DNA of 44,136 nucleotides. Origin: Eubacterium sp. Lineage in GTDB: Bacteria; Bacillota; Clostridia; Oscillospirales; Acutalibacteraceae. Where the stretch lies: assembly GCA_051881215.1 (NCBI GenBank), contig JBJEPL010000154.1:1-44136 (forward strand), given 5' to 3'. The notes beneath the pieces were generated by a model, which searched no databases, was not told the origin of the DNA, and saw only the letters and a list, made by a program, of their open reading frames with translations. Position numbers and translations under genes: made by a program. How positions within the stretch are numbered: the first letter of the stretch is position 1; every line of letters begins with the position of its first letter. Below are positions 26,743 through 38,100 of this stretch, one piece after another.

Positions 26743-29700
26743 TTATTTAAAGTATTTTACGCCGCTTTCAAATATCTGCATATCCTTCTCAAACGGAACA
26801 TTTGCATAAAGGTCAGCGCCCTTTCTCTCGCAGTGGCCCATTTTACCGAACACTCTGCCGTCGGGAGAGGTGATGCCCTCAACAGCGCATACGGAGCCGT
26901 TAGGGTTAAACGGCATATCGCTTACAGGCTCGCCGTCAGGGTTAACATATTGAGTGGCAACCTGACCGTTTGCTATAAGCTTTTTCATAACCTCATCGTC
27001 TGCAACAAATCTTCCCTCGCCGTGGCTGATAGGGACTGCAAACATATCTCCTGCGTTAACACTGCTCAACCAAGGCGATTTAACGCTTGATACTCTTGTG
27101 TATGCCATTGAAGATATATGTCTGCCTATAGTGTTAAATGTAAGCGTCGGGTCGTTTTCCTTAATTTCTCTTATTTCACCGTAAGGAACAAGGCCGAGCT
27201 TGATAAGAGCCTGAAAGCCGTTGCATATACCGAGCATAAGTCCGTCACGGCAGTTGAGAAGCTTTGTTACAGCCTCCTTAACCTTCGGATTGCGGAAGGT
27301 TGTGGCAATGAATTTACCGGAGCCTTCAGGCTCGTCACCGCCGCTGAAGCCGCCCGGAAGCATTATAATCTGTGAGGCTTCGATTTCCTTAACCATTTTA
27401 TCAATAGTTTCATTGATTGCCGATGATGAAAGGTTGTTAACAACAAGTATGCTTGCCTCGGCGCCTGCTTTTTCAAATGCCCTTGCGGTGTCAACCTCGC
27501 AGTTGGTGCCCGGGAATGCAGGTATAAATACTCTTGGCCTTGCAACCTTGTTTTTGGCAACAAATATTGAACGCTCTTTATAAAGCGGTACCTCGTAAGG
27601 CATATTTGCTTTTTTGCCGGAGTCTGTTGCGAATACCTTTTCAAGCTTTCCGCTCCAAGCGTCAATAAGCTCGTCAACTGTCTGAACAGCTCCGTCAATA
27701 ATAAATACTCCGTTATCAGTTGTTGTTCCGAGAGCTATGCCGTCAAAGGCGCTTTCATCTGCAAGCTCAACAACGAAGGATGCCTCCTTTGCGGCGAAGA
27801 GTGTTTCTTTATCAAGACCCTGCGCAAAGGTAAAGCCGGTTTTGTTGCCGAATGCCATTTTGCAGACGCAGGCAGCGGCGCCGCCCTCTTTAACAACCGA
27901 TGCGGCAAGAATTTTTCCGCTTCTGACACCCTCGTAAACGCTCACCATAAGCGCCATGGCTCTTTCAAAATCGGGAAGTCCGCTCTTCTCGTCAACAGGC
28001 AGAGGAAGAAGCTTAACGGTTGAACCGATTTTCTTAAATTGAGAGGATACGGTTTTTGAAGCCTCGCTCATACCTACTGCAAAGGATACGAGAGTAGGCG
28101 GAACATCGAGGTCGTTAAAGGAGCCGCTCATTGAGTCTTTACCGCCGATTGACGGGCATTTGTATCCGATTTGAGCGCAAAGCGCACCCAAAAGCGCAGC
28201 GGCAGGCTTTCCCCAACGGGTCGGAGCATCGTTGAGTCTTTCAAAATATTCCTGGAAGGTAAGCCTTGCTCTTGAAGGGTCACAGCCTACTGCCGCAAGC
28301 TTTGCAAGCGATTCCGATACTGCAAAGGCTGCCGAATGGAACGGCGACCAGCGTGAAAGCTTCGGAATAAAGCCGTATGCCATAACCGTTGCCGTATCAG
28401 TTTCACCTTTAAGCAAAGGTATTTTTGCAACCATTGCCTCTTCCGGAGTAAGCTGATATTTACCTGCGTAAGGCATTAAAACCGTTGATGCGCCGATAGA
28501 TGAATCAAAGCGCTCAACAAGTCCCTTTTGAGAGCATACCTCAAGCCTTGAGAGATTTGCCTTGAGAGCCTGAGCGTTATCGAGCGAAGCAAGGCATTCG
28601 GGAACCTGCTTTGTGTAGTCAAGCTTATCGTCAACAGCTGTTATTTCAACATCGGCATGCTGTGTTACGCCGTTTGTGTTGAGAAAATCACGGCTGATGT
28701 CAACGATTTTGTCGCCTCTCCAGGTCATTTCAAGGCGGTTTGTGTCTGTAACAACGGCAACAGGAGTAGCCTCAAGATTTTCTTCATTTGAAAGCTTTAT
28801 GAATTTATCAACATCATTTTTGTTAAGAACAACTGCCATTCTTTCCTGCGATTCGGAAATGGCAAGCTCTGTTCCGTCAAGACCGTCATATTTTTTAGGT
28901 ACTTTGTCAAGGTCGATTTTAAGTCCGTCTGCAAGCTCGCCAATGGCAACGGATACACCGCCTGCGCCGAAATCGTTGCAGCGCTTAATCATTTTTGCAA
29001 CCTCGGCGTTGCGGAAAAGCCTTTGAATTTTGCGCTCCGTAGGAGGATTACCCTTTTGCACCTCGGCTCCGCAGGTTTCAATTGATGATGAATTGTGAGC
29101 CTTTGATGAGCCTGTTGCGCCGCCGCAGCCGTCGCGTCCCGTGCGGCCGCCGAGCAATACTATAATATCGCCGTCCTGCGGACATTCACGTATAACATTT
29201 TCCTTCGGTGAAGCGCCGATAACCGCGCCGATTTCCATTCTCTTTGCAACATAGCCGTCATCGTAAAGCTCTGTTACCTGACCCGTTGCAAGACCTATCT
29301 GATTGCCGTAGCTTGAATATCCTGCGGCGGCTCCCGTTGTTATCTTGCTTTGAGGAAGCTTAGCGTCAAGCGTTTCTTCAAAAGGAGTTGTAGGGTCGCC
29401 CGAGCCGGTTACGCGCATTGCCTGATAGACATATGCTCTTCCCGAAAGCGGATCGCGGATTGCACCGCCGAGGCAGGTTGCCGCGCCGCCGAAGGGCTCG
29501 ATTTCGGTAGGGTGGTTGTGTGTTTCGTTTTTAAACTGAACAAGCCATTGCTCTTCTCTGCCGTCGATAACAACAGGCACCTGAATTGAGCAGGCGTTGA
29601 TTTCGTCGCTCTCGTCAAGGTTGTCAACAAATCCGCGCTTTTTCAGCACCTTTGTGCCGATACAAGCCATATCCATAAGGCATACGGTCTTTTCTCTTTC

Positions 29701-30495
29701 GCCGTAAACCTCCTTGCGGATTTCAAAATATTCATTTAAAGCCTTTTCTATAGCCTTATTGTATTTGCTGTCGTCTATTTTGATATTGTCAAGCTCTGTT
29801 GCAAAGGTGGTGTGACGGCAGTGGTCAGACCAGTATGTATCAATAACCTTAAGCTCGGTAAGGCTCGGATTTCTGTTTTCGTCTTTTTTGAAATAATCCC
29901 TTACCCAGCATAAATCGGCAATGCTCATTGCAAAGCCCATTGCCTTGTGATACTCTGCTATTTCATCGTCGCTTTTATCAATAAATCCGTCGATTCTTAT
30001 AATGTCGGCAGGAACATCTGCCTGCATATCAAGGGAGTCCGGCTTGTCCAAGGACGCAACTCTTGATTCAACAGGGTTGATAATATATGCCTTGATTTTT
30101 TCAAATTCCTCATCGGTAATATCGCCCTTAACGGCAATAACCTTTGCGGATAATACATCGGGCTTTTCTCCTGCCGTCAGAAGCTGAATACACTGCGCCG
30201 CAGAGTCAGCCCTCTGGTCATACTGACCGGGAAGATACTCTGTTGCAAAATATCTCCAGCCGTCGGGTATGGAAAGCTCATCATAAACATTGTCAAGATT
30301 AGGCTCCGAAAGAATTTGCTTAACTGCTTCGTCAAATTCCTCTTCGCTCAATCCCTGGGCGTCGTAACGGTTGATAATCCTTAAATCCTCAAGTCCTGTC
30401 AGGCCGACATTTTCTCTCAAATCCTTTAAGGTTTGATCAGCCTCAATATCGTTTCCTTTTTTCTTTTCAACAAAAATACGGTATACCTTTGCCAT
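26743..30495 (-). CDS. purL: Phosphoribosylformylglycinamidine synthase, fused clostridial large form with C-terminal glutaminase
   Basis: WSDHCRH, KNETHNHPT, GGAIRD, NDFGAGG, SESQERM, GGKDSMS, FPGTNCE, PGGFSGGD, LGICNGFQ, SHGEG, MGHCER. Confidence 0.97.
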   Translation of the reverse strand: MAKVYRIFVEKKKGNDIEADQTLKDLRENVGLTGLEDLRIINRYDAQGLSEEEFDEAVKQILSEPNLDNVYDELSIPDGWRYFATEYLPGQYDQRADSAAQCIQLLTAGEKPDVLSAKVIAVKGDITDEEFEKIKAYIINPVESRVASLDKPDSLDMQADVPADIIRIDGFIDKSDDEIAEYHKAMGFAMSIADLCWVRDYFKKDENRNPSLTELKVIDTYWSDHCRHTTFATELDNIKIDDSKYNKAIEKALNEYFEIRKEVYGEREKTVCLMDMACIGTKVLKKRGFVDNLDESDEINACSIQVPVVIDGREEQWLVQFKNETHNHPTEIEPFGGAATCLGGAIRDPLSGRAYVYQAMRVTGSGDPTTPFEETLDAKLPQSKITTGAAAGYSSYGNQIGLATGQVTELYDDGYVAKRMEIGAVIGASPKENVIRECPQDGDIIVLLGGRTGRDGCGGATGSSKAHNSSSIETCGAEVQKGNPPTERKIQRLFRNAEVAKMIKRCNDFGAGGVSVAIGELADGLKIDLDKVPKKYDGLDGTELAISESQERMAVVLNKNDVDKFIKLSNEENLEATPVAVVTDTNRLEMTWRGDKIVDISRDFLNTNGVTQHADVEITAVDDKLDYTKQVPECLASLDNAQALKANLSRLEVCSQKGLVERFDSSIGASTVLMPYAGKYQLTPEEAMVAKIPLLKGETDTATVMAYGFIPKLSRWSPFHSAAFAVSESLAKLAAVGCDPSRARLTFQEYFERLNDAPTRWGKPAAALLGALCAQIGYKCPSIGGKDSMSGSFNDLDVPPTLVSFAVGMSEASKTVSSQFKKIGSTVKLLPLPVDEKSGLPDFERAMALMVSVYEGVRSGKILAASVVKEGGAAACVCKMAFGNKTGFTFAQGLDKETLFAAKEASFVVELADESAFDGIALGTTTDNGVFIIDGAVQTVDELIDAWSGKLEKVFATDSGKKANMPYEVPLYKERSIFVAKNKVARPRVFIPAFPGTNCEVDTARAFEKAGAEASILVVNNLSSSAINETIDKMVKEIEASQIIMLPGGFSGGDEPEGSGKFIATTFRNPKVKEAVTKLLNCRDGLMLGICNGFQALIKLGLVPYGEIREIKENDPTLTFNTIGRHISSMAYTRVSSVKSPWLSSVNAGDMFAVPISHGEGRFVADDEVMKKLIANGQVATQYVNPDGEPVSDMPFNPNGSVCAVEGITSPDGRVFGKMGHCERKGADLYANVPFEKDMQIFESGVKYFK

Positions 30496-30669
30496 TTATT
30501 GTTCTCCTTAAAGAAATTTCGCTGTGATTAACAACGGGTGCAATCATACTAATACATTTTAACATAAAACATTCAAAAATCATATAGTTAATTATAATTT
30601 TATATTAAAAATTTTTGTCCGTAAAAATTAATTTTTTATTCATATAAACAGTTTATTCTCTTAATCTTT

Positions 30670-30767
30670 TGTGTTATAATTATCCATTGGTGCCGTTTAT
30701 CGGCGTGCAGGAGTGATTTTTTTCGTCCGGCATTCATACTATATTTTACGAAAGGAGTGACGGCGTG
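30670..30767 (+). promoter_or_regulatory. Extended -10 promoter and structured 5' leader of the PAS gene
   Basis: TG-t-TATAAT at 30672-30680, two adjacent hairpins at 30690-30732, SD AAGGAG at 30752-30757, GTG start. Confidence 0.5.
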
Positions 30768-31892
30768 GCAGAAAACAGTATTGACGAGGATTTATATGAG
30801 GTTGAATTTATGAACCTCATTGTTGATAAAGCAGATAATTTAAAGGTTGTTGACTGTGACAGTCATTTTTCGGAATTTACGGGAGTTCATCCGTCTAAAA
30901 TAAAGCAGGGGAAGCTGTTTTTATATGATATTATAAAGCCTGTATACAGGGAAGAGATAATGACTACGCTTTGCAAAAAGGACTCGCCTTATGTTTATTT
31001 TGACGCAGAGTTTACCGATAAGAATTCCGACAGCGTATACATACATTGCACGGGCCATAATTATGATAACTCAACGCTCTGCCGTCTTACTCTTGCCGAT
31101 GTTTCAAAATCAATGGAGTATCAGGAGGCTTTAAGGCAGCAGGCAAATGAAATGAACTATCTTATCGACCTTGTTGCCGGCGGTGTATGTCTGTTTATGG
31201 TTACGGCTCAAATGCACATAGATGTTCTTTATCTCAACGAGGGAGGTTGCCGACTTTTCGGCACATCAAAGGCTGTTTATAAAAAGCAGAATTACCGTAT
31301 CGACGAGCTTATTCACCCCGAGGATAAAACAGTAGTTTTTCAGGCAATCGGAAAGGCAATGGCAACCAATGAGCCTGTTGACGCACAAATCAGAGTAATG
31401 AAGCATAAAGATGAGTTTATATGGTGTAAGTTCAGCGCCGGTATCCAAAAATACGACGAGGATAACAACCCTGTTTTTCACGCTATGTTTACCGATATAA
31501 CAAGGGTTAAGGAGGCTGAAGCACGGGCGGATGCAATTAACGATATGCTTGTCGGAATGTTTAAAAATCTTCCCGACGCAATCTTTTGCACCGATACCGA
31601 AGAGCCGCTTAAGCTGCGGATTGTAAGCGAGGAATTCATTAAATTTTTGGGCTATTCCCGCTCGGAATTATTTGAAAAGCATGAGGGTATGCTGTCTGAT
31701 TTTATGACTCAAAGAGAGGCAAGATTTGTTAATGCCAACATAAAAAAACAGCTTCAGCAGAGCGATGAGATTAAAATAAATTATTCCGTAAGAACAAAAA
31801 GCGGTGTTTTTGTTGAGGTTTATGACAAACGCCGTGCGGTTGCTCAAGACGACGGTAAAAAATCAATGGTTTGCAGTCTGAAAAAAGCATAA
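30765..31892 (+). CDS. Multi-PAS-domain protein without an output domain
   Basis: Three PAS-like repeats (FSEFTG...; YLNEGGCRLFG...IHPEDK...FTDITRVK; VSEEFIKFLGYSRSEL) with coiled linkers. No GGDEF, EAL, kinase or HTH motif. Confidence 0.85.
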   Translation: MAENSIDEDLYEVEFMNLIVDKADNLKVVDCDSHFSEFTGVHPSKIKQGKLFLYDIIKPVYREEIMTTLCKKDSPYVYFDAEFTDKNSDSVYIHCTGHNYDNSTLCRLTLADVSKSMEYQEALRQQANEMNYLIDLVAGGVCLFMVTAQMHIDVLYLNEGGCRLFGTSKAVYKKQNYRIDELIHPEDKTVVFQAIGKAMATNEPVDAQIRVMKHKDEFIWCKFSAGIQKYDEDNNPVFHAMFTDITRVKEAEARADAINDMLVGMFKNLPDAIFCTDTEEPLKLRIVSEEFIKFLGYSRSELFEKHEGMLSDFMTQREARFVNANIKKQLQQSDEIKINYSVRTKSGVFVEVYDKRRAVAQDDGKKSMVCSLKKA

Positions 31893-31899
31893 TAATTTC

Positions 31900-31929
31900 A
31901 AAAAGAGGTGTTTTAACATCTCTTTTTTT
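31900..31929 (+). terminator. Intrinsic terminator after the PAS gene
   Basis: AAAAAGAGGTGTT-tt-AACATCTCTTTTTTT. Confidence 0.75.
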
Positions 31930-32043
31930 GTTTGCTAAAATGCAGTTTAAAGCTTCTAAACGGTAGATAATAGACATTTTCTTTTGTTAATATCTAACAA
32001 AATTTTTAAAAAAAGTTTGGTAATTATCACAACATCATAAGCA

Positions 32044-32087
32044 TTGAAAGTTTGACAATATTATTGTATAATTTAGTAATACAATAA
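32044..32087 (+). promoter_or_regulatory. Promoter of the giant surface-protein operon with overlapping inverted repeat
   Basis: TTGAAA-N17-TATAAT (32044-32072) and TTATTGTAT-N9-ATACAATAA (32061-32087). Confidence 0.6.
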
Positions 32088-32141
32088 GTATTCTTATATC
32101 TCTTTTTTAATAAAATCCCAATCATATGAGGAGGAGTAATT

Positions 32142-35100
32142 ATGACAGCAAAGACGGGTAAAAGGCTATTGAGCCTTTTTATTGCAGTGCTCATGGCGGT
32201 GACGGGATTGGTTCCTGCATTTGATGCTTTTGCCGCCGACGGCGTAGTAGGTATCTGTGACATAGAGCTTTTCTATAAGGACACACAGACTATCGTTCCG
32301 TCTACTGACGATGAGGGGAATAACTATATTGAATATATGGTTGAGGGTCAGGAGCTTGAGCTTACATACAAGCTTATTGACAGTGAATTCCCTAATAGCG
32401 GATATGTAAAGTGGTACAGCGAAACCCCCACCCTTGTTGATGTAACGCAGGAGGGTGTAGTAAAGGCGTTTGACTCATCAAAGGGTGCAGTTGTTCAAAC
32501 CTGGATTGACAATGAGGTTAAAACAATTCCGCTCGTGGGAAGCATAATGGCTTCGGCACTTGAAAAGGCGCTGTTTAACGAATATGTTGATTTGGATTCA
32601 ATGGATACCGAAGAAATTGTAGAGATTGTTGAAGGCGCTTTCGGTTCGGACTCTATTCTTGATCAGTATATTGAGTCGTATCAAGGTGAGCTTATAGACT
32701 CTCTTCGTTATTATCTTGATAACATAAACTCCAATATTCATGTTCAGCTTTATGACTCTGACGGAACTCTTCTTGATGACGACTATGTTCAGATATGCGT
32801 TACCAAAAATGAGGAATGGTATGCAAACTTCCTTCCAAACGGTACGCATATTACGAATAAATCCCAGATAAATACAACGGTTGCCGTAGGCTCCAGTGTC
32901 CAGATTTATGCAGTAACAACTCCTTTAAGACTGCATTACGGCGTAGTTTATTCCGTTAAAAGCTCTTCGGTGTTTGACCAGGGCAAGGTAGTTGCAACCG
33001 TTAACGACAGCGGTCTTGTTACATTTAAGAATACAGGTACCGTTACTATTATGGTATCTCCCGATACAGAGGAAATCATAGAGGGTATTCTTAAGCTTGT
33101 TAACTATATTTACGCTCTTGATAATACAGGAACGCTTGATACAGATAAAATTGCGGGTATTCTTATTGACTATGTCGGACTGGATATGAACAGAACCGTG
33201 CTTGCCGGTATCCTTGATGTATGCTTTGCAGTTAAGGATATTGTAGGCGATACGGCAGACCCTGTTCAGTTAACTGCAACGGCAGTTGAGGTTATATCAA
33301 ATCTCGTTCTTCAGTTTGTTTATAATGATACAATCACCTTCACCGTTGTTGAACCGCAGCCGATTACCGATTTTGATATCGACGGCCCCACAACCGTAAG
33401 AGAGGGCTCGCAGATTCAAATGGCAATAACAAATGTTCAGCCGAGTATGGGTGATACAAGCGATATTACCTGGCGTTCATCAGACCCGTCAATTGCGTCG
33501 GTTGATCCTATAACAGGCGTTATTACAGGCCGTGACGCAGGCGGCTCCCTCGGAAGCCTTTCATCGCAGAAATGCGTGATTTATGCAGTATCTGCCGCAA
33601 ATCAGATAGAAAGATCTGTTAATCTGACCGTAACAGGTAAAACAGGTAAGTATCTGTCCGATGTAGAAATAAACGGCAGGCAGTATCTTGAAATAGGCGA
33701 CGAGGAGGATTATACATATACTGTATATCCGCAGAGAGTCGGGGAATCGGATAACCTTTATATCAAATGGGGTATACAAAACGGCTATGACGAAGAAAAC
33801 AACCCTGTTTATATTTGGGCAACCGCCGAGGAGCCTGCAACCGACGGTATAGGAACTATTGACACAATGGGTCACTATGTTGTTACCGACGGCGGTAACT
33901 GCACCATTGCCGTTCAGGCAACAACAGGATATTATCTTTCAAACGGAAGCTTTTATGAAATTTCATCATATATAGGAACGCTTGAGGTTACAAACGGTGT
34001 TCCTGTTGAAAGTATAACAATAAATCCGACAGGAGCTACCTCAAACGGCTCTCTCACCATAGCTCCGACTGTTACAATTGATGGCAAGGATTATACATAT
34101 GCAACGATATATAAGGGCGTCGGAGAAGGATATTTAGGCAACGGAGCTATTGTTTCAGCTACAGTATATCCTGCAAATGCTTCAAACCAAACGGTTAAAT
34201 GGGTTGTTGATAACAGCTATTATGAAAATGAAGTATCTGAAGATACTCATACCGCTACTGTTACTCAAAAGGCAGGGCACGAGGTTGCAGATACCTTTAA
34301 TATTTACGCTGTCTCCGAAGACGGTGATGTCGTATCTAATGTAGTAACAATATGCGTTACAAGAAATAATGCAACAGGCAATGTTATTGACCAGGATAAG
34401 TTTGAACTTTCAAAGGGTCAGCAGAAGGATGCAACTCATACAATGAGCTTCAGCGGTTCTTGGACAGGCGGAGCCTATGCCTGCTATAAGGCTAATTGGT
34501 ACTCAAGCGACGAGGGTGTATTTACCGTAGCTAATAAGGGCAACGACAACAGCGATGCCGTTATTACTGCAGTCGATGTCGGTAAAGCAACGCTTTATTG
34601 CGTATCTGCCGACGGTGGCATAGTCGATTCCTGCGAGGTTACCGTTTATCCGGATAAAACTTATCTGCGCAATATCGTTAATATATGCGACAGAACAGTT
34701 ATTAAAAGAACAACGGAAAACCTTTCCGATTATAAGGATTATATGAAGAAGCTTGATCTCGCTTATTATGTTCTTTATGATGAGGATTTGGCTTCGCAGA
34801 CAGTATGCGATACTACGGCAGATAATCTCCTTTTCGCTTTCTATAAGCTCGGCGGCTTTGTAGGCATCGGAAGAGTGGAAATTCTCGGTCAGAATCAGGC
34901 GCAGCTTGCAAGCGATTTTATCACCGTAAATGTCGGTTCGACAACAAGCTATAAAAAATACAGCTACGACCTTGATTTCAAGGTGCTTCCTGCTGATGCG
35001 ATGTATAGCGATATTACATGGACCTCTTCAGACAGCAGTATTACCGTTGATAAAAACGGTGTATGCACACCTGCTTCAAACGACCCTTGCGCTGCTAAAA

Positions 35101-38100
35101 TCACCTGTACTGTAACCGACTATATGGGAACGCAGACCTCTGACAGCGTTTATATTGCATTTTCACGCACAAAGGCAACCGGCGTAACCCTTGATACAAC
35201 AAGTATTGTCGGCGGAAAAATAGGCGAAACACAGACTCTTACCGCAACCGTTCTTCCTAAAGCTGTTCTCGGAGTAGGCGGAGCAAGCTGTACTCAGGTT
35301 GCTTGGATGTCAAGCGACGAAAGCATTGCTTCGGTTGATGAAAACGGCGTAGTTACCTTTAATAAAGGCGGCGATTGCTTAATAACCTGTATGACAATGG
35401 ACGGCGGCTATAAAGCCGACTGCACCGTTAATGTCGTTACAAACTATAGTCCGCTTATATTACTTATAAATCAGTATAACGATTTACAGCTCAATTCAAT
35501 CAACTACTATCCGGATACATGGGAAACCTATCAGTCGGCATTGACCGATGCTACTGCAATGGTTCAGCAGGGCGGATATTCACAGTCCCAGGTTGACGCA
35601 ATGTATGCCCGTCTTGAGGCAGCATATAACGGACTGAAAAAGTATAATTACATTCAGAAAATCGAGCTTTATCTTGACGGTGAGGCGACAAAGGAATTCT
35701 ATCAGTATGATTTAAGCCTTCTTTCCGAGGGTATCAGCTATAAGAATGCCGTGCTCGACCTTAATGTACGAATTTATCCTAATAACGGCTCATATGAGTC
35801 AGTTACATGGGAGTCCTCGACAACCGATATATCGGTTACAAACGAAGGTAAGTGCTCACCTACAATAAATTCAAGCTGCTACGGTATGATTACCTGTACT
35901 GTTACAGACCATTTCGGAAATGTATTTACAGATTCCGTATGGGTATCATATTCATATATCCCTGTAACAAGCCTTGATCTTTCGGATACGAACATATCCG
36001 GCCCTGTCGGAAGTACGTATCAGCTTGCCTGCACCGTTCAGCCGACAGGTACATCACTTACCCATATCGGCGCCGCAAGCATTCAGGATTATTATTGGGA
36101 GTCTGATAACACGAGTATCGCTACTGTTGATCAGACCGGACTTGTTACATTCAAGAATGCAGGTGCTACAATAGTAAGAGCAGTATCCTATGACGGCGGT
36201 ATATCGGCAGAATGCGTCGTTTCGTCGGAGGGTGACAGAAGCGCTCTTATGGCGGCTCTTGAGTTATACAAGGATGTTGACTACAGAGATTATGAATACA
36301 GCTACGGAATGGAATTTAAAGCAGCATATGAAGAAGCGCAAACGGCATTAACCGATAATACGCTTTCTCAATCGGCAATTGATTCTGCCGCCGAAAGGCT
36401 TTCATCGGCAGGCGCTGCTTTGGCAGATCATCCGTATGTTCATGTTGATTCATTTAATTTAACCTATAGTGCACGCGGACTGACCTCTTCAATAGGCTCC
36501 GGTACTGTAGGCTCAAGCGATGCGCTTTCAATAAAGCTTTCTTCGTCGTATGCTTCATACAGCAATTATGTGGAGATAACGGCGGGCGCACTTCCGAGCG
36601 GCTCAATGTATCAGTCATTGACATGGAGCGTTGATTCAACAACAAATATGGATTCCTCCATAAGCTCGAATGTGATTAAGCTTACACCAACAAAAACAAC
36701 AGACGGCGGTATGGCAGTTGTTACAATAACTGCAACAGATCATTACGGCGCTTCTGTTTCAAGAACAATCAAGGTTGTAATGTCAAGAAATGTTTGCAGC
36801 GGAATTACCGTTTCGCCTGAAAACCTTTCATTATACTGCACATCTTCACCTTATCAGATAAGCTCTTCGTTAAGCGGCAGTCCTGAATTTGCCGGTGTTG
36901 AGTGGAGCTCATCAAATACTGCTGTTGCAACGGTTGACCAAAACGGTATCGTTACTCCTGTTGAAAAGGGCGAGGCTGTTATTACTGCAAAGTCTGTTGA
37001 CGGCGGTTATACAGCAACAGTTAATCTTTCTGTTCTTACGGATTTCTCAACTCTTGCTTCAAAGCAGAATGAGTATTACAACCTTATTGAATCCGTAAAG
37101 GAAACTTATGAGTATACTCAGGAATCATTAGATGTTCTCTCTGCTGCCGTAAGCGATGCCAAAACCATGATTGACGAGGGCAAGGCAACTCAGGCAGAAG
37201 TAAATGCAATGATTGAAAGACTTGACAATGCATATAATTCACTTGTTAAGTATATTGTCGCAACAGGAATCACCATTAATGTTGTTGAGGGTCAATCGTC
37301 AGTAACAGTGCCTAATCCGGGCTTCATCCGTTACAGTGATACCCAGATTTCCGGCAAGAGTGTTAAGCTGAATGCATCATTTGAGCCTGAAAACTCTTTA
37401 TATGAAACAATAGAATGGACCTCATCAAGCTCCGATATAACGGTTGATAATGAAGGCATTGTTTTCAATGACTCTTATTCGTCGCAGGTATCGAAAATTA
37501 CCTGTACAATTACCACTGTAAAGGGCGATACATACAGCGACTCTGTTTATGTTTCGTTTACAAGGTCCGCAGTAACAGGTATAAGCTTTGCCGATGATTT
37601 GGTATTCGGCGCTCCTCAACAGACTGTTACTTTAAGCCCTGTAATTACAAATGCAAACAGTTCTTCAGCATTTGTTATCAAGAACTGCGCTTACATCTCA
37701 AGCAATCCGGAGATTGCTTCGGTTGATGAAAACGGAGTTGTAACATTTAATACGCAGGGTACCGCAACAATTACCGCAACAACTCTTGACGGCGGTTATA
37801 CAGCTACGATTGAAGCGTTTACCACCTGGGATACAACAGCTCTCAAGAGCGCTATTGACGCCGCCGCAGGCATAGATTATATGGATTATGCCTATGAATA
37901 CGGAACAGCATTCAATACCGCATATAACAATGCCGTTGCCGTATATGACAACATTTATGCTCAGCAGGCGGAAATTGACAGCGCTTGTGCCGCTCTTACC
38001 GAAGCAACTGCTAACCTTGAAGGCAACGAATTTGTTACCCCTGTAATTGATATAATCAGAAACGGCGAAACAGTTGCCGATAATTCGGTGCAGCAGGTTG

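Noticed and set aside
30496-30560. Purine, ZTP or PRPP riboswitch upstream of purL
   Set aside because: The leader is only about 55 nt with one weak hairpin and none of the conserved aptamer motifs I know.
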